Assembly: GCA_036012755.1 (NCBI GenBank) | Contig: DASCPX010000080.1 | Span: 1 to 50,404, forward strand | Length of the DNA stretch: 50,404 nt | Origin: Myxococcota bacterium | GTDB lineage: Bacteria > Myxococcota_A > UBA796 > CAJQPC01 | Reading direction: 5' to 3' | In this document: in pieces, positions 11,166 through 20,833 of the stretch | Layout of the letters: each line of letters starts with the position of its first letter | Position numbering within the stretch: the first letter of the stretch is position 1 | Notes under the pieces: generated by a model | What the model saw: the letters and a program-made list of their open reading frames with translations, nothing else | What the model was told of the DNA's origin: nothing | Database searches by the model: none | Program-made: the position numbers and the translations under genes

Positions 11166-11702
11166 ATGTCCCGCATCGGAAACAAGCCCATCGAGATCCC
11201 CAAGGGCGTCACCGTGACGCTCGGGGACGTCATCGGCGTCAAGGGCCCCAAGGGTGAGCTGAGCCAAGCCCTCGTCGAGGGCATCTCCGGCAGCATCGAG
11301 GGCGACACCCTCGTGTTCGTCCGGGCCTCTGACCACCGCAAGCATCGGGCCAACCACGGCCTGATGCGTGCCCTCGTCGCAAACATGGTGACCGGTGTGA
11401 CCACCGGCTTCGAGCGCAAGCTCGAGATCATCGGCGTCGGCTACAAGGCGACGACAAAGGGCAAGGGCGTGGTGTTCAACCTGGGGTACTCGCACCCCAT
11501 CGGCTTCACGCCGCCCACTGGCGTCACCGTGAGCGTCGAGAAGAACACAAAGATCACCGTCACGGGCATCGACAAGGCCGCTGTCGGCCAGGTCGCTGCC
11601 GACATCCGCTCCTTCCGTCCGCCTGACTCCTACAAGGGCAAGGGCGTTCGGTACGTGGGCGAGGTGGTCCGACTCAAGGCCGGCAAGGCCGCGAAGAAGT
11701 AG
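11166..11702 (+). CDS. rplF: 50S ribosomal protein L6
   Basis: MSRIGNKPI...VKGPKGEL...LGYSHP...YKGKGVRY. Confidence 0.99.
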   Translation: MSRIGNKPIEIPKGVTVTLGDVIGVKGPKGELSQALVEGISGSIEGDTLVFVRASDHRKHRANHGLMRALVANMVTGVTTGFERKLEIIGVGYKATTKGKGVVFNLGYSHPIGFTPPTGVTVSVEKNTKITVTGIDKAAVGQVAADIRSFRPPDSYKGKGVRYVGEVVRLKAGKAAKK

Positions 11703-11714
11703 CGGAGGAAACCC

Positions 11715-12083
11715 ATGGGCAAGACCAACCCTGTCTACAAAGCTCGTCTCCGGCGCAAGGTGGCGATTCGCAAGCGGCTCTCTGGCACGTCCGAGCGCCC
11801 GCGCCTGTCCGTGTTTCGCAGCGCGAAGCACATCTACGCCCAGGTCATCGACGACGAGACGGGTCGCACCCTCGCCGCCGCCTCGACCTTGTCGCCCGAA
11901 CTCGCTTCCTACGAGGGGCACAGGGGCAACAAGGAGGCCGCCAAGGCCGTCGGAGCCCTCGTCGCCGAGAAGGCCAAGGCTGTCGGCGTCGACAGCGTCG
12001 TCTTCGACCGGAACGGCTACCTGTACCACGGCCGCGTTGCGTCGCTGGCGGATGCCGCGCGCGAGGGCGGACTCAAGTTCTAG
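11715..12083 (+). CDS. rplR: 50S ribosomal protein L18
   Basis: [16 protein letters not shown]...[12 protein letters not shown]...AREGGLKF. Confidence 0.99.
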   Translation: MGKTNPVYKARLRRKVAIRKRLSGTSERPRLSVFRSAKHIYAQVIDDETGRTLAAASTLSPELASYEGHRGNKEAAKAVGALVAEKAKAVGVDSVVFDRNGYLYHGRVASLADAAREGGLKF

Positions 12084-12111
12084 AGCTGCTTCTGCAGCGG
12101 AGGAATCCAAG

Positions 12112-12669
12112 ATGGCTAGGATGTCTCGCGGTCGCGGACGGCAGCAGCCGGACGACGGCCTCAATGAGAAGGTCATCAACATCAACCGCGTCGCGAAGGT
12201 CGTAAAGGGCGGTCGTCGATTCAGTTTCTCGGCAATCGTCGTCGTCGGCGATGGAGAGGGCAAGATCGGCGTCGGCTTCGGAAAGGCCAACGAGGTCCCG
12301 GAAGCGATCCGCAAGGCCAGCACCAGGGCGCGCGGGAACATGTTCCAGGCCCCGATGGTGGACGGCACCGTGCCGCATCGCTGCGAGGGCCGCTTCGGCG
12401 CCGGAAAGGTGCTGCTGAAGCCCGCGGCACCTGGAACGGGTGTCATCGCTGGCCCGACCGTGCGCGCGATTCTCGATGCGGCCGGCTACCGCAACGTGCT
12501 GACGAAGTGCCTTGGCTCCAGCAACCCGCACAACGTGGTCAAGGCGACCCTCGACTCGCTGAAGTCGATGGAGACGCCAGAGCAGTACGCCGTGCGCACG
12601 GGCAAGGACCCGGAAGCCGTCTATGCCAACTTCACCGTCGGTGAGCGCTACTGGGGTGCTCGCCGGTAG
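12112..12669 (+). CDS. rpsE: 30S ribosomal protein S5
   Basis: [15 protein letters not shown]...GKANEVP...[18 protein letters not shown] before ATG 12112. Confidence 0.98.
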   Translation: MARMSRGRGRQQPDDGLNEKVININRVAKVVKGGRRFSFSAIVVVGDGEGKIGVGFGKANEVPEAIRKASTRARGNMFQAPMVDGTVPHRCEGRFGAGKVLLKPAAPGTGVIAGPTVRAILDAAGYRNVLTKCLGSSNPHNVVKATLDSLKSMETPEQYAVRTGKDPEAVYANFTVGERYWGARR

Positions 12670-12731
12670 ACGGCGGAGCCCGAGTGCTTAGCTTCGGCGA
12701 CGTCTACGGCGGAGCCGGACTGGAGGCCAGA

Positions 12732-12917
12732 TTGAAGAAGCTCAAGGTGATACTCACCAAGTCGACCATCGGCTCCACCGATGTCCAGAAGGCCTGCGTC
12801 CGCGGCCTCGGACTCCGGAAGATCCGCTCCGAGCGCGTCCTGGACAACACTCCGGCGATCCGCGGCCTGGTCAAGAAGATCATCCACCTGGTGGATGTCC
12901 AGGAAATCGAGGCCTGA
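12732..12917 (+). CDS. rpmD: 50S ribosomal protein L30
   Basis: KVILTKSTIG...GLGLRKI...NTPAIRG; probable TTG start at 12732 after GGAGG. Confidence 0.93.
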   Translation: MKKLKVILTKSTIGSTDVQKACVRGLGLRKIRSERVLDNTPAIRGLVKKIIHLVDVQEIEA

Positions 12918-12918
12918 C

Positions 12919-13371
12919 ATGGCAAATGAACTCGCGAACCTGAAGCCCCCTGCGGGCTCGACCAAGAAGCGGACCCGCGTCGGCCGCGGTGAGGGCTCCG
13001 GAAAGGGCCGCACCGCCGGGCGTGGTCAGAAGGGCTACGGCTCCCGCTCCGGCTCCGGTGTCAACCCGGGCTTCGAGGGCGGCCAGATGCCGCTGCAGCG
13101 CCGGCTGCCGAAGCGCGGCTTCTGGAACCCCTTCTCCAAGCACTACACGGTCATCAACCTCGACACCCTCGAGGGGCGCTTCGAGGCAGACGCCGTCGTC
13201 GATCTGGACTCCCTCCATGCGGCGGGAATCGTGGCCAAGAAGGGCAAGGACGGTCTGAAGGTCCTTGGCCGCGGAGAGCTCTCCTGCGCCTTGACCATCA
13301 AGGCCGCGAAGTTCTCCAAGACCGCTACCGCCAAGATCGCCGCCGCCGGTGGCACAGCCGAGATCGTCTGA
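12919..13371 (+). CDS. rplO: 50S ribosomal protein L15
   Basis: RVGRGEGSGKGRTAGRGQKG...FEGGQMPLQRRLPKRGF. Confidence 0.99.
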   Translation: MANELANLKPPAGSTKKRTRVGRGEGSGKGRTAGRGQKGYGSRSGSGVNPGFEGGQMPLQRRLPKRGFWNPFSKHYTVINLDTLEGRFEADAVVDLDSLHAAGIVAKKGKDGLKVLGRGELSCALTIKAAKFSKTATAKIAAAGGTAEIV

Positions 13372-13378
13372 AGTCCCC

Positions 13379-14728
13379 ATGAAGGCCAGCGCGCTCGCGG
13401 ACATCTTCAAGGTTCCGGACCTCCGAAACCGAATCCTGTTCACGATGGCCATGCTCGCCGTGTATCGGCTGGGCATCTTCATCCCTGCACCTGGTGTCGA
13501 CCGGGCGGCGATGAAGCAGTTCTTCGCCGACAACAGCAACACGCTCTTCGGCCTCTACGACATGTTCTCGGGCGGAGCGCTGGAGCAGTTCAGCGTCTTC
13601 GTCCTCGGCATCATGCCGTACATCTCGGCTAGCATCATCATGCAGCTGTTGAGCGCGACGGTGCCGCAGCTGGAGCGCCTGTCCAAGGAGGGGCAGTCCG
13701 GGCGCAACAAGATCACCCAGTACACTCGCTACGGGACGATCGGCATCGCGGTCATCCAGAGCTTCGGGATCGCGGTCACCCTCGAGCAGATGAAGGCGGG
13801 TGGTGCGACTGACGTGGTCATCGAAGCGGGCCCGTGGTTCCGCTTCATGACCGTCGTCACGATGACCGCCGGGTCCTGCTTCGTGATGTGGCTCGGCGAG
13901 CAGATCACGGAACGCGGCGTAGGAAACGGAGCCTCACTCATCATCACCGCGGGCATCATCGCGGGACTCCCGAGCGGCACCTACCAGCTCTTCCAGAAGG
14001 TCCAGATGGGCGACTTGACGCTGGTGGGCATCGTCGCGCTCGGGGCCTTCATGTTCGCTACCCTCGCTGCGATCGTCTTCATGGAGCGGGCACAACGCCG
14101 CATCCCGATCCAGTACGCAAAACGAGTAATCGGCAGACGCGTCTACGGCGGCCAGGCGACCCACCTGCCCCTGAAGGTGAACGTCTCCGGGGTCATCCCG
14201 CCGATCTTCGCCTCCGCTGTCTTGATGTTCCCGGCGACGCTGGCGACCTTCTACAACCACCCGGTCTTCCAGTCGGTCCTCGCCACCTTGGCTCCCGGCC
14301 GCTGGCTGTACAACGCGGTCTATGTCGGTCTCATCATGTTCTTCGCGTTCTTCTACACGGCGGTCACGTTCAACCCCGTCGATGTCGCGGACAACCTGAA
14401 GAAGCACGGCGGCTACGTGCCCGGGATTCGTCCCGGAAAGCAGACCGCCGAGTACATCGATCGCATCCTCACCCGCCTGACGACCGCCGGCGCGATCTAC
14501 CTGGGCGCAGTCTGCATGGTGCCGACCCTGCTGATCACCAACGTCGGTGTGCCCTTCTACTTCGGCGGCACCAGCCTGCTCATCGTCGTGTCCGTGTCCC
14601 TGGACACGGTGGCGCAGATCGAGGGTCATCTCCTCACCAAGCACTATGACGGGCTGATGGGGAGTGACGGCGGCGCGGTCCGTGGCCGTCATCGCCGCCT
14701 CATCGAGAAGACCAAGAAGAAGACATAG
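13379..14728 (+). CDS. secY: Preprotein translocase subunit SecY
   Basis: LGIMPYISASII, WLGEQITERGVGNG, GVIPPIFA, PGIRPGKQT and FGGTSLLIVV; ATG 13379. Confidence 0.99.
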   Translation: MKASALADIFKVPDLRNRILFTMAMLAVYRLGIFIPAPGVDRAAMKQFFADNSNTLFGLYDMFSGGALEQFSVFVLGIMPYISASIIMQLLSATVPQLERLSKEGQSGRNKITQYTRYGTIGIAVIQSFGIAVTLEQMKAGGATDVVIEAGPWFRFMTVVTMTAGSCFVMWLGEQITERGVGNGASLIITAGIIAGLPSGTYQLFQKVQMGDLTLVGIVALGAFMFATLAAIVFMERAQRRIPIQYAKRVIGRRVYGGQATHLPLKVNVSGVIPPIFASAVLMFPATLATFYNHPVFQSVLATLAPGRWLYNAVYVGLIMFFAFFYTAVTFNPVDVADNLKKHGGYVPGIRPGKQTAEYIDRILTRLTTAGAIYLGAVCMVPTLLITNVGVPFYFGGTSLLIVVSVSLDTVAQIEGHLLTKHYDGLMGSDGGAVRGRHRRLIEKTKKKT

Positions 14729-14737
14729 GAGCGTCTC

Positions 14738-15382
14738 GTGAACGTGATCCTTTTCGGACCGCCGGGGGCGGGCAAGGGTACCCAGGCGGGCGCCGTGTGC
14801 GAGCGCTTCGGCATGCCGCAGGTCGCGACTGGCGACATCTTTCGCAAGAACCTCAAGGACGACACGGAGCTCGGCAAGCTCGCCAAGTCCTACATGGACC
14901 GGGGACAGCTCGTCCCGGACGAGGTCGTCTGGCAGCTTGTCGAGGATCGACTGAGCTGGGACGACGTGGCAGATGGCGTGCTCCTCGATGGCTTCCCACG
15001 CACCATCAGGCAGGCCCAGCTGCTCGTCGACTGGGCCGGGCGCACCGGTCGCGGCATCGACGCCGTGGTTGCGCTCGAAGTCCCCGACGACGAGCTCGTC
15101 AAGCGGCTCTCCGGTCGGCGCACCTGCCTCTCTTGCGGCGCGACCTACCACGTCTCCCACAACCCGCCGGCCAACGCGGGCGTCTGTGACGCCTGTGGGA
15201 GCGCGGTCGTCCAGCGAGAGGACGACAACGAGGCCACGGTTCGTGACCGCCTGGCCACGTACCACCGGCAGACGGCTCCAGTCCTGGCGTTCTTCGAGGA
15301 ACAGGGCATGGCGACAAGGGTCGACGGCACCGGCGCCATCGACGACGTCCGCGAGCGTGTTCGAGTCGCCATCGACGGATGA
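14738..15382 (+). CDS. adk: Adenylate kinase (zinc-LID type)
   Basis: GPPGAGKGTQ, LDGFPRT, and CxxC...CxxC in the LID domain. Confidence 0.98.
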   Translation: MNVILFGPPGAGKGTQAGAVCERFGMPQVATGDIFRKNLKDDTELGKLAKSYMDRGQLVPDEVVWQLVEDRLSWDDVADGVLLDGFPRTIRQAQLLVDWAGRTGRGIDAVVALEVPDDELVKRLSGRRTCLSCGATYHVSHNPPANAGVCDACGSAVVQREDDNEATVRDRLATYHRQTAPVLAFFEEQGMATRVDGTGAIDDVRERVRVAIDG

Positions 15383-16140
15383 TCCACATCAAGCGCCCGC
15401 ACGAGGTCTACCAGATGCGGGCGTCGGGCCGGCTCCTGGCCGAGGTCGTTGCCGCGGTCCGCGAGCGGGTGATCCCAGGGGTGAGCACCGCGGAGCTCGA
15501 CGCCGTCACGGAGTCGGAGATCCGCCGACGTGGCGCCCGCCCAGCCTTCAAGGGCTACCAGGTCGGGCACGACGTCTTTCCGGCCAGCCTCTGCGCCTCA
15601 CGGAACGAGCAGGTCGTCCATGGGATCCCGGACGATCAGCCGCTCATGGAGGGCGATCTCATCTCGCTCGACTTCGGTCTGGAGTTCGAGGGGTACTTCG
15701 CGGACGCGGCCTTTTCGGCCTATCTCGGGAGACCTCCGGAACGGGTCCAGCGGCTGCTTGACGTCACCAGGGAAAGCCTTTATACGGCGGTGTCCTGTGC
15801 CACACCCGGTGCGCGCGTTGGAGACATCGGCCACCGGATCCAGGCGATGTGCGAAGCTGCTGGCTTCGGTGTCGTCCGGAACTTCGTCGGACATGGAATC
15901 GGTCGGAACCTCCACGAGGAACCGGCGGTTCCAAACTTCGGCAAGCGCGGTACGGGTGTTCCTTTGAAACCGGGCATGTGCATCGCCATCGAACCGATGG
16001 TCACGATGGGCAGTTGGCGCACTACCACCCTCGGTGACCGCTGGACGGTCGTCACTCAGGATGGGAGCCTCGCTGCTCACTTCGAACACACGGTTCTGGT
16101 GACGACGGGCGAGCCCGAGATTCTCACCGCGCTCTCGTAG
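15379..16140 (+). CDS. map: Type I methionine aminopeptidase
   Basis: NEQVVHGIP, GHGIGRNLHEEP, AIEPM and AHFEHT; ATGA overlap with adk. Confidence 0.98.
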   Translation: MIHIKRPHEVYQMRASGRLLAEVVAAVRERVIPGVSTAELDAVTESEIRRRGARPAFKGYQVGHDVFPASLCASRNEQVVHGIPDDQPLMEGDLISLDFGLEFEGYFADAAFSAYLGRPPERVQRLLDVTRESLYTAVSCATPGARVGDIGHRIQAMCEAAGFGVVRNFVGHGIGRNLHEEPAVPNFGKRGTGVPLKPGMCIAIEPMVTMGSWRTTTLGDRWTVVTQDGSLAAHFEHTVLVTTGEPEILTALS

Positions 16141-16209
16141 CGCCCCCCAACAAATGGGGCTGAAAAGCCCAGTCCACCGTTGAACCGGCAAGACCGGCGA
16201 GGAGAGGAC

Positions 16210-16323
16210 ATGAAGGTCCAATCGTCCGTGAAGAAGATGTGCGACAAGTGTCGCGTCGTCAAGCGTCGTGGGGTTGTTCGCATCATCTGCGAGAACCCAA
16301 AGCACAAGCAGCGTCAGGGATAG
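16210..16323 (+). CDS. rpmJ: 50S ribosomal protein L36 (37 aa, absent from the ORF track)
   Basis: Manual translation [37 protein letters not shown], with a purine-rich SD upstream. Confidence 0.98.
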   Translation: MKVQSSVKKMCDKCRVVKRRGVVRIICENPKHKQRQG

Positions 16324-16331
16324 GAGACACC

Positions 16332-16697
16332 ATGGCTCGTATCGAAGGTGTCGACCTGCCGCGCAACAAGCGCATCGACATCGCTCTCACCTACATCTAC
16401 GGCATCGGCCGCACGACCGCGAAGGGCATCTGTAAAGAGGCCCAGGTCGAAGGCAATATCCGCACCCAGGACCTCTCGGAGGTCGAAGTCGCCCGCATCC
16501 GCGAGGTCATCCAGCGCGTCCACAAGGTCGAGGGTGAGCTCCGCAAGGAGACGGCGATGAACATCAAGCGCCTCATCGACCTCGGCACATACCGCGGTCT
16601 CCGTCACAAGCGGGGGCTGCCGAGCCGTGGCCAGCGCACCCACACCAACGCGCGTACCCGCAAGGGTCCGAAGCGCATTGCCGGCCGCCGCCGCTAG
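16332..16697 (+). CDS. rpsM: 30S ribosomal protein S13
   Basis: [10 protein letters not shown]...YIYGIG...[14 protein letters not shown]. Confidence 0.99.
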   Translation: MARIEGVDLPRNKRIDIALTYIYGIGRTTAKGICKEAQVEGNIRTQDLSEVEVARIREVIQRVHKVEGELRKETAMNIKRLIDLGTYRGLRHKRGLPSRGQRTHTNARTRKGPKRIAGRRR

Positions 16698-16710
16698 ATA
16701 GGAGGACACA

Positions 16711-17103
16711 ATGGCTGCTCCCAAGAAGAAGCGTGGCGGACGCCGCGTCAAGAAGAACATCCCGGCTGGTGTCGTGCACATCCAGGCCACGTTCAACAAC
16801 ACCATCGTGACCATCACGGACCCGGCAGGGAACACCGTGTCCTGGTCCAGTGCCGGTGTGAAGGGCTTCAAGGGCTCCCGCAAGAGCACTCCCTTCGCTG
16901 CTCAGCTCGTCGCCGAGGACGCCGCGAAGAAGGCCATGGATCACGGCATGCGAACTGTCGGCATCTACGTGAAGGGCCCCGGCTCCGGTCGTGAGTCCGC
17001 TCTCCGTGCCATCTCCAACGCTGGCCTGAAGATCACGATGATCAAGGATGTCACGCCTATTCCGCACAACGGCTGCCGCGCTCCCAAGCGGCGTCGCGTC
17101 TGA
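16711..17103 (+). CDS. rpsK: 30S ribosomal protein S11
   Basis: ATFNNTIVT...[10 protein letters not shown]...[11 protein letters not shown]. Confidence 0.99.
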   Translation: MAAPKKKRGGRRVKKNIPAGVVHIQATFNNTIVTITDPAGNTVSWSSAGVKGFKGSRKSTPFAAQLVAEDAAKKAMDHGMRTVGIYVKGPGSGRESALRAISNAGLKITMIKDVTPIPHNGCRAPKRRRV

Positions 17104-17109
17104 CCCTCT

Positions 17110-17242
17110 CGTCCCCCTCGGTTCGCTGAGGGGGACGGATTCCACCCGCACGGACCTGCCCTTCGGGGAGGTCTCGGACGACCACCGGCCCCGGGCTTCC
17201 GGGGTGTGTTTCACCGTCTGGGGTGAAGAGCACGTGCCCGGT
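17110..17242 (+). ncRNA. Candidate structured RNA (terminator-like hairpin plus multibranch fold) between rpsK and rpoA
   Basis: Two hairpins with UUCG loops and an ACCGG/CCGGT-closed three-way junction (see findings). Confidence 0.45.
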
Positions 17243-17275
17243 CAGCGCGCGCAGAAACCCCAGGAGGTACCTGTC

Positions 17276-18292
17276 ATGAGCCTCGAACAGCACGTCTACG
17301 CCAACTGGCGCAACCTCATCAAGCCCCGCGGTGTCGAGCGTGACGCTCGCTCAGGCGGCCACTACGGCAAGTTCGTCGCCCGTCCGCTCGAGCGCGGCTT
17401 CGGCATCACGCTCGGCAACTCGCTTCGCCGCGTCCTGCTGTCCTCGCTGCAGGGCTGCGCCGTGACGTCCGTCCGCATCGAGGGCGTCCTCCACGAGTTC
17501 TCCAGCATCCCGGGCGTGGTCGAGGATGTCACCACCATCGTCCTGAACCTCAAGGGTGTCCTGGTCAAGACCACCCGCACGGAGGCCTTCACCGGGTCGG
17601 TCACCAAGTCGGGCGAAGCTGGAAAGAGCACCGTCGTCGTCGCTGGCGACATCGTGTTCCCCGAGGGTGTCGACGCCGATGTCCTGAACCCGACCCACCC
17701 GGTGGCCACGCTGACGGCAGACGGCTCGTTCAGCGCCGAGCTGCACTTCAAGATGGGCAAGGGCTACGTCACCAGCGTCCAGAACAAGCAGCCGGAGCTC
17801 GGCCTCGGCATCATCCCGGTCGACTCGATCCACACGCCGATCAAGAAGGTCAAGTACACGGTCACCAACGCCCGTGTCGGCCGTCGGACCGACTACGACA
17901 AGCTCACGCTCGAGGTCTGGACCGACGGCTCCGTGCTCCCAGAGGACAGCGTCGCCTACGCCGCGAAGATCCTCCGCGAGCAGCTCGGCATCTTCATCAA
18001 CTTCTCGGAGGACGAGGAGCCGGCGGTCGCCGAGTCGACCGAGCCCGAGGAGCAGTGGAGCGAGCACCTCTACAAGCGCGTCGACGAGCTCGAGCTCTCC
18101 GTGCGCTCGGCGAACTGCTTGCAGAACGCCGGCATCGAGTACATCTGGCAGCTGGTCGAGCGGACGGAGGCCGAGATGTTGAAGACGAAGAACTTCGGCC
18201 GGAAGTCGCTCAACGAGATCAAGGAGATCCTCTCCGAGATGGGCCTCCAGCTCGGAATGAAGCTCCACAACTTCCCAAAGAACAAGGCCTGA
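17276..18292 (+). CDS. rpoA: DNA-directed RNA polymerase subunit alpha
   Basis: [25 protein letters not shown] and [12 protein letters not shown]...[18 protein letters not shown] before ATG 17276. Confidence 0.99.
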   Translation: MSLEQHVYANWRNLIKPRGVERDARSGGHYGKFVARPLERGFGITLGNSLRRVLLSSLQGCAVTSVRIEGVLHEFSSIPGVVEDVTTIVLNLKGVLVKTTRTEAFTGSVTKSGEAGKSTVVVAGDIVFPEGVDADVLNPTHPVATLTADGSFSAELHFKMGKGYVTSVQNKQPELGLGIIPVDSIHTPIKKVKYTVTNARVGRRTDYDKLTLEVWTDGSVLPEDSVAYAAKILREQLGIFINFSEDEEPAVAESTEPEEQWSEHLYKRVDELELSVRSANCLQNAGIEYIWQLVERTEAEMLKTKNFGRKSLNEIKEILSEMGLQLGMKLHNFPKNKA

Positions 18293-18296
18293 GATC

Positions 18297-18839
18297 ATGC
18301 GTCATCAGAAGGCTGGCCGGCGTCTAGGCCGCAACCAGGCTCACCGGAAGGCGATGTACCGGAACATGGTCACGTCCCTCTTCCTTCACGGCCGGATCCA
18401 GACCACAGAGGCCAAGGCGAAGGAACTTCGCAAGGTCGCGGACAAGCTGATCACGCTCGGCAAGCGCGTCCCGCCGTCGGCGCTGGAGGGTCTCAGCGGA
18501 GACGACCTCGCTGGCGCCAAGGCGCGTCGGGTTCACGCCATCCGTCTCGCACGGAAGCAGGTGACCGACCGGGACGCTCTCGAGATGCTCTTCAACGAGT
18601 ACAGCGAGCGCTACCAGCACCGTCCGGGTGGCTACACCCGGATCTACAAGGTCGGCTACCGCCCGGGTGACAACGCTCCGTTGGTGCTCATCGAGCTCGT
18701 CGAGTCCCTCGAGGCCAAGGCCGACGAGCCGGTCGAGGACAGCGCCGAGGAGGACAGCGCCGACAAGGACAGCGCCGACGAGGACAGCGCCGACAAGGAC
18801 AGCGCCGACGAGGACAGCGCCGACGAGGACACTACCTAG
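18297..18839 (+). CDS. rplQ: 50S ribosomal protein L17 with an internal insertion and an acidic repeat tail
   Basis: [12 protein letters not shown]...[10 protein letters not shown]...RPGGYTRI...GDNAP. Confidence 0.98.
   Translation: MRHQKAGRRLGRNQAHRKAMYRNMVTSLFLHGRIQTTEAKAKELRKVADKLITLGKRVPPSALEGLSGDDLAGAKARRVHAIRLARKQVTDRDALEMLFNEYSERYQHRPGGYTRIYKVGYRPGDNAPLVLIELVESLEAKADEPVEDSAEEDSADKDSADEDSADKDSADEDSADEDTT
18735..18831 (+). repeat. 15-bp tandem repeat, 6 copies plus a partial copy, encoding (E/K)DSA(D/E)
   Basis: Units RAGGACAGCGCCGAS at 18735, 18750, 18765, 18780, 18795 and 18810, with a partial unit at 18825. Confidence 0.97.
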
Positions 18840-18863
18840 CCAGGCTTCCAGACCCGGTTGTCG

Positions 18864-18895
18864 GAGGCCGCCTGTTCGGGCGGCCTCTCTGGTTC
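18864..18895 (+). terminator. Putative intrinsic terminator ending the alpha operon
   Basis: GAGGCCGCC-TGTTCG-GGCGGCCTC stem-loop just after rplQ; weak U-tract. Confidence 0.65.
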
Positions 18896-18940
18896 TGCCT
18901 CAGTCTGCCCGGCCGGCCCTCGGCGCGATAGGTTCTGACC

Positions 18941-19402
18941 ATGGCCCAGGATGATCGCCAGCACAGGGGGAGGGTTCGCCTCGCCGAGTACATGGAGCTG
19001 CACGGCAAGCGCAACACGCGCCAGCGCGACATCATCGTCGATGCCTTCCTCGACACCGATGGGCACCTCACCCTGAACGATCTGCTTGGGCTGGCCCAGT
19101 CCAGCGATCCCGGCATCGGGTTCGCCACGGTCTACCGGACGATGAAGATGCTGGCGGACGCCGGCGTGGCGGACGAACGCCACTTTGGCGAGGGCCAGAC
19201 GCGCTATGAACTCGCAGACCTCGGCCATGATCACCATGACCACCTCATCTGCACACGTTGCGGCAAGATCACCGAGTTCGAGGATAGCGAGATCGAGCGT
19301 CTCCAGGCGGCGGTCGCCAAGCGCTTCGGCATCCTGGTGACCCATCATCGCCACGAGATCTACGGCGTGTGCGAGCCGTCTTGCGGGGATCCGCCAGAGT
19401 AG
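18941..19402 (+). CDS. Fur-family metal-responsive transcriptional regulator
   Basis: TRQR...IGFATVYRTM...HHDHLICTRCGKITEF...GVC. Confidence 0.95.
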   Translation: MAQDDRQHRGRVRLAEYMELHGKRNTRQRDIIVDAFLDTDGHLTLNDLLGLAQSSDPGIGFATVYRTMKMLADAGVADERHFGEGQTRYELADLGHDHHDHLICTRCGKITEFEDSEIERLQAAVAKRFGILVTHHRHEIYGVCEPSCGDPPE

Positions 19403-19451
19403 AGACGGGCCGCCCGTTGGCAGCCCGCTCGGTCGCCCCGAGAGGGGCTGA

Positions 19452-19539
19452 TGGTGCGCGAGGAGGGACTCGAACCCTCACAGCCAAAGCGGCCACTAGG
19501 CCCTCAACCTAGCGCGTCTACCAATTCCGCCACCCGCGC
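19452..19539 (-). tRNA. tRNA-Leu (GAG), CCA encoded
   Basis: Reverse complement reads GCGCGGGTGGCGGAATTGGTAGACGCG-CTAGG-TTGAGGG-CCTAG, long variable arm, GGTTCGAGTCC, ...GCGCACCA. Confidence 0.97.
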
Positions 19540-19595
19540 AAAGGGTGCTTTCGGAGGCCCAGCTAAGCTCGAAGAGATCAGCTGTCAACCCCTCT

Positions 19596-20042
19596 TCAGC
19601 GGCTCCGGACCTCGTCGCCCGGCTCGGTCTCCGCGTCCTCTGTCTCTCCGGATCCGGAGGTCGCTGGGGCCAGCGGATCGAAGCCAGGGATCATGGCCGG
19701 GGGCGGGAGCTGCTCGATGGGCGTCTTCTCTTGGAACGCCGGGAGGAAGCCCTCCTCGTCACCGATGAAGATCTCGTCGCCCAGCTCGTCGTCGCCGCCC
19801 CGAGTGCGGTCCTGGGAGTTCAGCGCCAGCGTGATGGACGTCACCATGAAGAGCACGGCGACCCCCGTGGTGGCCTTGGACAGGAGCGAGCCCGGACCGC
19901 GAGGGCCGAAGACCGCGCCGCCGCCGCCGCCGCCAGCGCCGAAGGCAGCTGCGACGTCGCCGCCCTTGCCCGGCTGCAGCAGGATCACCAGGATCATGAT
20001 CACAGACAGCAGGATGTGGAGGACTGTGACGAAGAAGATCAT
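19596..20042 (-). CDS. secG: Preprotein translocase subunit SecG with an acidic C-terminal extension
   Basis: ILLQPGKGGDVAAAFG...FGPRG...LSKAT with two TM segments; canonical tpiA-secG-tRNA-Leu synteny. Confidence 0.94.
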   Translation of the reverse strand: MIFFVTVLHILLSVIMILVILLQPGKGGDVAAAFGAGGGGGGAVFGPRGPGSLLSKATTGVAVLFMVTSITLALNSQDRTRGGDDELGDEIFIGDEEGFLPAFQEKTPIEQLPPPAMIPGFDPLAPATSGSGETEDAETEPGDEVRSR

Positions 20043-20076
20043 GGTCCCGCCTATGTGCTCCCTTCGACGGTGACTG

Positions 20077-20832
20077 TCAAGCGGACGCGGCGATGATGGC
20101 GCAGAAGCTGTCGGCCTTCAGCGCTGCGCCGCCGACGAGGGCTCCGTCGATGTCCGGCTGCGCCAGGAGCTCCTTCGCGTTGCCCGGCTTCACGGAGCCT
20201 CCGTACTGGATGCGCACGTTGCGGGCCACGAAGTCGGGGTAGCGACCCAGCCAGCCGCGGATGAAGGCGTGGACCTCCTGCGCCTGCGCTGGCGTCGCGG
20301 TGCGACCGGTCCCGATGGCCCAGACGGGTTCATATGCGAGCGTGATGGCGGCGACCTGGTCGGCCTCGAAACCCGCCAGCCCACCGGCCAGCTGGGCGTC
20401 GATGACGGCGTCGACGAGCCCGCCGTCGCGCTGCTCGAGGGTCTCACCGACGCAGAGGATCGGGAGCAGGCCGGCTCGGAAGGCAGCGCGGGCCTTCGCG
20501 TTGATCACCGAGTCGTCCTCGCCGAAGATCGTTCGCCGCTCGGAGTGGCCCACGATCGCGTAGGCGCAGCCCAGCTGGCGAATCATCTCGCCGCTGACCT
20601 CACCCGTGAAGGCCCCGCTCGGCGCGCTGTGGAGGTTCTGGGCGGCCAGGTGGATGCCCGTGTGCTTCAGGCGGGCGGCGACGGCTGGCAGGCTCACGAA
20701 GGGGGGGGCGACCGCCACGTCCACGGCGGTGTTGCCGGCGAGACCCGCCTTGAGCGCGCGCGCCAGCTCATCGGCCTCGACGGGCCCCTTGTTCATCTTC
20801 CAGTTGCCGGCGATGAAGGGTCTGCGTGCCAT
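20077..20832 (-). CDS. tpiA: Triosephosphate isomerase
   Basis: [24 protein letters not shown] and YGGSVKP. Confidence 0.99.
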   Translation of the reverse strand: MARRPFIAGNWKMNKGPVEADELARALKAGLAGNTAVDVAVAPPFVSLPAVAARLKHTGIHLAAQNLHSAPSGAFTGEVSGEMIRQLGCAYAIVGHSERRTIFGEDDSVINAKARAAFRAGLLPILCVGETLEQRDGGLVDAVIDAQLAGGLAGFEADQVAAITLAYEPVWAIGTGRTATPAQAQEVHAFIRGWLGRYPDFVARNVRIQYGGSVKPGNAKELLAQPDIDGALVGGAALKADSFCAIIAASA

Positions 20833-20833
20833 C

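Noticed and set aside
18735..18831. Possible CRISPR array
   Set aside because: The 15-bp units are contiguous, have no spacers and are in frame within rplQ, so this is a coding VNTR.
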